Below the pieces are notes generated by a model that saw only the letters and a program-made list of their open reading frames with translations, was not told the DNA's origin and made no database searches. The position numbers and the translations under genes are program-made. Positions 60,658 through 64,000 of a DNA stretch of 64,000 nt are shown one piece after another (the first letter of the stretch is position 1; each line of letters opens with the position of its first letter). Location of the stretch: NCBI GenBank assembly GCA_963845145.1, contig CAWJQU010000003.1, positions 1 to 64,000 on the forward strand, in the 5' to 3' direction. This stretch comes from an uncultured delta proteobacterium. Its GTDB lineage: Bacteria; Desulfobacterota; Desulfobacteria; Desulfobacterales; QNYZ01.

Positions 60658-61479
60658 TTATCTCGCAAATGAGACTTTGATCGATGCGCCTTTGGCCAAG
60701 TTAAGATGCGACGCGGCGTCTCCTTGGTTCACGGCAATTTCTAAAAATCGGCGGCTTCCGATATAGGCAACCAAATCTCCGGCGCAGCGATCCATAAATG
60801 TCGTAGCCAACCCTTCAATCTGTTGATCTCCGGCAACCACGACCATATGTTTGTTGGGTAGAGAAGGCCTTTTTGCACGATTGAGACACCGATCAATCCA
60901 CTCGGCATCAATGTCGGTAATTAAATTGCCAAAGCGATCCACATCGATAATGGTGCCGATTAAATCGCCCGTGTTATCTAATTGGGGCGGCCGATAGTCG
61001 AGATCGACCATATCATCAGGATCCATCGGAGAACCCAGTTGGGTGGGTAACAGACCATTTAGCAAGTGCGCAGCCACCGGTGCAAAGATATCGCGGCCAT
61101 GGAACGTGTCGCTGACTGGATGTAGGAACAGATCGGGATTATCAACCGCCACCAACCACTCGACATCGCCCTCGTCCCTGATAAAGCTGAGAACACCATT
61201 GTCCGGTCCGATAAACCGATGCCCCCCAGATTCAAAGGCAAGTACTGCCCGACCGGTGCCCACACCGGGGTCAACGACGACGGCATGCACGGTTCCCTGG
61301 GGAAAGTAGTTATAGGATGTACGGATCAAAAACGCGGCTTGCACCAGATCCTGAGCATCGATTTGGTGAGTCAAATCAATGACAACCGCCTCGGGACAAA
61401 CCCCGAGAATCACACCTTTCATAACCCCTGCGTATCCGTCCTTGTTCCCAAAATCGGTGGTGAGTGTGATGATACCCAT
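60658..61479 (-). CDS. DUF62 SAM hydroxide adenosyltransferase (SAM-dependent halogenase superfamily)
   Basis: LTTDFG, VVDPGVG, GPDNG, TFHGRDIF, DRFGN and LEIAVNQG. Confidence 0.9.
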   Translation of the reverse strand: MGIITLTTDFGNKDGYAGVMKGVILGVCPEAVVIDLTHQIDAQDLVQAAFLIRTSYNYFPQGTVHAVVVDPGVGTGRAVLAFESGGHRFIGPDNGVLSFIRDEGDVEWLVAVDNPDLFLHPVSDTFHGRDIFAPVAAHLLNGLLPTQLGSPMDPDDMVDLDYRPPQLDNTGDLIGTIIDVDRFGNLITDIDAEWIDRCLNRAKRPSLPNKHMVVVAGDQQIEGLATTFMDRCAGDLVAYIGSRRFLEIAVNQGDAASHLNLAKGASIKVSFAR

Positions 61480-61489
61480 GAGATCCTCA

Positions 61490-61521
61490 GTTTGCCGGTT
61501 CGCCGGTTCGCCCGTTTGTCA
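61490..61521. repeat. degenerate 8-bp tandem repeat
   Basis: GTTTGCCG GTTCGCCG GTTCGCCC GTTTGTCA just upstream of the DUF62 start. Confidence 0.6.
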
Positions 61522-61608
61522 CTCAGTGAGCTAAATCGCAGCAATGTCAGGTATGTTAATAATCAGACTTAGACGGTTTCGTAACCCGCCTCATTATTAC
61601 GGTGAATG

Positions 61609-62649
61609 TCAAAAAAGATTTTCCTGGACCGGATAACCCAGATGACGATAAGCATCGGGTGATGCACGGCGCCCCGAGGAGGTCCGCAGCACAAGGCCGA
61701 TTTTGAGTAAATACGGTTCTACCACATCCACCAGGGTATCGGTCTCTTCCTGAAGCGTGGCGGCAATCGCCTCTATGCCCACGGGTCCGCCCTTATAGAA
61801 ATCGATGATGGTCTGCAGATACCGCCGATCCAGGTTGGTTAATCCCTTTTCGTCCACACCTTCAAGCGCCAGGGCTGCTTGAACGGTTGAAGGGTTAATG
61901 GTGCCATCGCCCCTGACCTGGGCATAATCCCGGACCCGTTTCAACAACCGGTTGACAACACGCGGGGTTCCCCGCGACCGCCGAGCCAGCTCCCGCCCGG
62001 CATCGTCATTGATATCAACATCCAGCAAGCGGGCAGAACGCCGGGTGATTTGAAGCAAATCCGATTCGTTATAAAAATCAAGAGGCCGAAAAATACCGAA
62101 GCGATCCCGCAAGGGCGCTGACAGCAGTCCGACACGTGTGGTGGCTCCCACAAGAATAAACTGTTTTAATGGTATCTTGTGGCTTCGGGCGTGAACACCT
62201 TTGTCAAAAACAATATCAATGGAAAAATCTTCCATGGCCGGGTATAAAAATTCTTCAACAACCTTGGGGGTTCGGTGAATTTCATCGATGAATAAAACAT
62301 CACCGGTTTCAAGATGCGTCAGAATTCCGACTAAATCGCCGCCCTTTTCAAGCGCAGGCCCTGAGGTAACCGTCATTTCTCCGCCGGTTTCGGCGGCTAT
62401 GATATGGGCCAACGTGGTCTTTCCCAACCCGGGGGGACCATGAAACAAAACATGATCCATGACCTCATTACGCTTCCTGGCCGCCTCAATGGCGATATTG
62501 AGGGTCTCGACAACCTCGGGCTGGCCAATGTAATCCGTTAACTGTTTGGGCCTCAGGGAGATCAACTCCGGCTCGTTATCTACAGGCAAACTATCCGGCG
62601 TCAAAATACCGTGGGTTTCAAAAGTTTCGGTGAGAATCTTGTCCGTCAT
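61609..62649 (-). CDS. ruvB: Holliday junction branch migration helicase RuvB
   Basis: [37 protein letters not shown] and EPYL. Confidence 0.97.
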   Translation of the reverse strand: MTDKILTETFETHGILTPDSLPVDNEPELISLRPKQLTDYIGQPEVVETLNIAIEAARKRNEVMDHVLFHGPPGLGKTTLAHIIAAETGGEMTVTSGPALEKGGDLVGILTHLETGDVLFIDEIHRTPKVVEEFLYPAMEDFSIDIVFDKGVHARSHKIPLKQFILVGATTRVGLLSAPLRDRFGIFRPLDFYNESDLLQITRRSARLLDVDINDDAGRELARRSRGTPRVVNRLLKRVRDYAQVRGDGTINPSTVQAALALEGVDEKGLTNLDRRYLQTIIDFYKGGPVGIEAIAATLQEETDTLVDVVEPYLLKIGLVLRTSSGRRASPDAYRHLGYPVQENLF

Positions 62650-63264
62650 TGCGTTTGTCTGCCTTTATAAACTTCGTCGATGAGCATATCGGCTGATGAG
62701 ATGGCGGGGTTTCTATCCAGAGCCTTATCTATCATGCTGCGAGCTTCAGTTGATCTATGCCCCATTCTCAGTAACGAGGACGTCAAGTACCTGTCGGCGA
62801 AAATCATGTTCCGGCAAGACCGTCTCCGACTTCTGTTGGGGCACCAGCGCGAATTTTTCCACTTTGCCCTGAAGCGTGGCAACGATCTTTTCCGCCGTTC
62901 TCTTACCGATGCCTTTCAATTCTGATAAGAGCTTAATATCTCGCGATTCAATCGCTGTGGCAATTTCCCCAATGGGAATATTCAGGGCTTTTATTGCTTT
63001 TAGCGGTCCGATGGCGGCAACAGTGATGAACGACTGAAAAAACTCCTTCTCTGCTTGAAGGCTGAAGCCGATCAACACTGGTTTGGGTTGACGTTCGGTT
63101 TGGTGATAAAATATAAAAAATGATATCTCATCTCCGACCTCTTTGCTCTCCAGACGCTTGATGACGATACCCGGCAGCAGAACTTCGTAGCCAATCTGGT
63201 TTGCCAATACGAGGACTCGGTCTTCCTCTATACTTAATATTTTCCCCTCAATATACCCGATCAT
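62646..63264 (-). pseudogene. ruvA: Holliday junction branch migration protein RuvA, interrupted by one extra base near 62767; probably an assembly error
   Basis: MIGYIEG, IGYEV, IGPLKA and KGIGKRTAEKI. Domain III continues in another frame (MGHRSTEARSMIDKAL...) to the stop at 62646, which overlaps the ruvB start. Confidence 0.9.
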
Positions 63265-63302
63265 CCGGCCTCACTCCCGGTGGTCATTTAAGGAACCCAT
63301 TT

Positions 63303-63444
63303 GAGCCGATTTCAAAACGTCCCATTTTGCCCAATCTCTGCGTCTGGCTCAAATTTTAATCCTCGAAATACCCAATGTATTCCTCTGATTAAAATTTACG
63401 CCATCCTTGACCTTGAACAAACTGAAACGTTTTGAAAATGGCTC
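63303..63444. mobile_element. 142-bp fold-back MITE/REP-like element between ruvC and ruvA
   Basis: Termini GAGCCGATTTCAAAACGT / GAGCCATTTTCAAAACGT (25 of 32 terminal positions match). Internal AAATTTTAATC/GATTAAAATTT arms; TTT on both flanks. Confidence 0.72.
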
Positions 63445-63458
63445 TTTTAAAAAAGAAA

Positions 63459-63950
63459 TTATCCAATTGAAAAAGTATCATATCGATAAAGTCCAATCAA
63501 CGCGAGACCCAGTGCATCTGAGGCATGGTCAGGGGTTATGACTTTACTTCGGTTTAAACTGTTTCGTACCGCTTTCTCCAGCTGTTTTTTGGAAGCGTTT
63601 CCATTGCCCGTTAAAACCTGTTTGGCTTCACGTACCGGTATTTCTCGAATGGTCACCCCGAAATGGCTGCCGGCCAGCATAATGACACCGGCCACTTTGG
63701 CCAGATTGATTCCTGATGCGGGATAGCGTTGAAGTGAAAAAACTTCTTCGATCACCAGTAAATCTGGTTTTTGATCTTCTAATACCGAAAGTAGCCGCGT
63801 ATAGATCGTTTTCAGACGGGTCGGTAAAGCGTGCGCTTTTTCGGTTTGAATGCATCCAAAGGAATATCCCTGGACTTTAGTTCGGTGCCCAGCCACCACG
63901 CCCACACCTGTGGCGGCAAGACCGGGGTCGATCCCAATAATTTTAGCCAT
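63459..63950 (-). CDS. ruvC: crossover junction endodeoxyribonuclease RuvC
   Basis: IGIDPG, IEEVF, GNGNASK and DHASDAL motifs. Confidence 0.95.
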   Translation of the reverse strand: MAKIIGIDPGLAATGVGVVAGHRTKVQGYSFGCIQTEKAHALPTRLKTIYTRLLSVLEDQKPDLLVIEEVFSLQRYPASGINLAKVAGVIMLAGSHFGVTIREIPVREAKQVLTGNGNASKKQLEKAVRNSLNRSKVITPDHASDALGLALIGLYRYDTFSIG

Positions 63951-64000
63951 GACCTACTCTGATGTCTATACCGGGATATACGTGCAAAAAAGACCTACGC

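Noticed and set aside
60658..61479. Fluorinase/chlorinase
   Set aside because: TFHGRD and DRFGN motifs and the housekeeping context fit the common DUF62 SAM hydrolase; no halometabolite genes are nearby.

Overview
Bacterial chromosomal segment, most consistent with a Desulfobacterales-like deltaproteobacterium (inferred from gene content and order, not from a search). From left to right: (1) an AT-rich block with a small secreted protein and an STN-domain/repeat protein; (2) a minus-strand surface-polysaccharide locus (MarR-type regulator, DegT aminotransferase, ugd, rfbA, rfbD, two wzm permeases, one wzt, a 4,6-dehydratase, UDP-sulfoquinovose synthase, an epimerase); (3) fabH; (4) a four-gene cassette of lipoprotein, lone GspG-like pilin, HD-GYP phosphodiesterase and histidine kinase behind a candidate sigma-54 promoter; (5) an SF2 helicase and a Cys-cluster protein; (6) a PfaC-like KS-CLF/DH synthase, split at an in-phase A_AAA_AAG heptamer and coupled to oleA-oleB-oleC; (7) housekeeping and envelope genes (PfpI, secreted FG-GAP and beta-helix proteins with a shared C-terminal tail, purB, pqiC-like, pgl, AI-2E, deaminase, TPR-SPOR, PAS, MipA, fabG, plsY, two YbjQ, an enlarged KAS-III-like enzyme, a Yej-type ABC transporter, an M24 peptidase, rplM-rpsI, CYTH, EEP, DUF62, ruvCAB). 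Non-coding features include two fold-back MITE-like elements, candidate operators, short tandem repeats and a tiny class-III aminotransferase remnant. sqdB, rfbA and ruvA each carry a single extra base, which suggests assembly indel errors. I recognised no rRNA, tRNA, CRISPR array or transposase.
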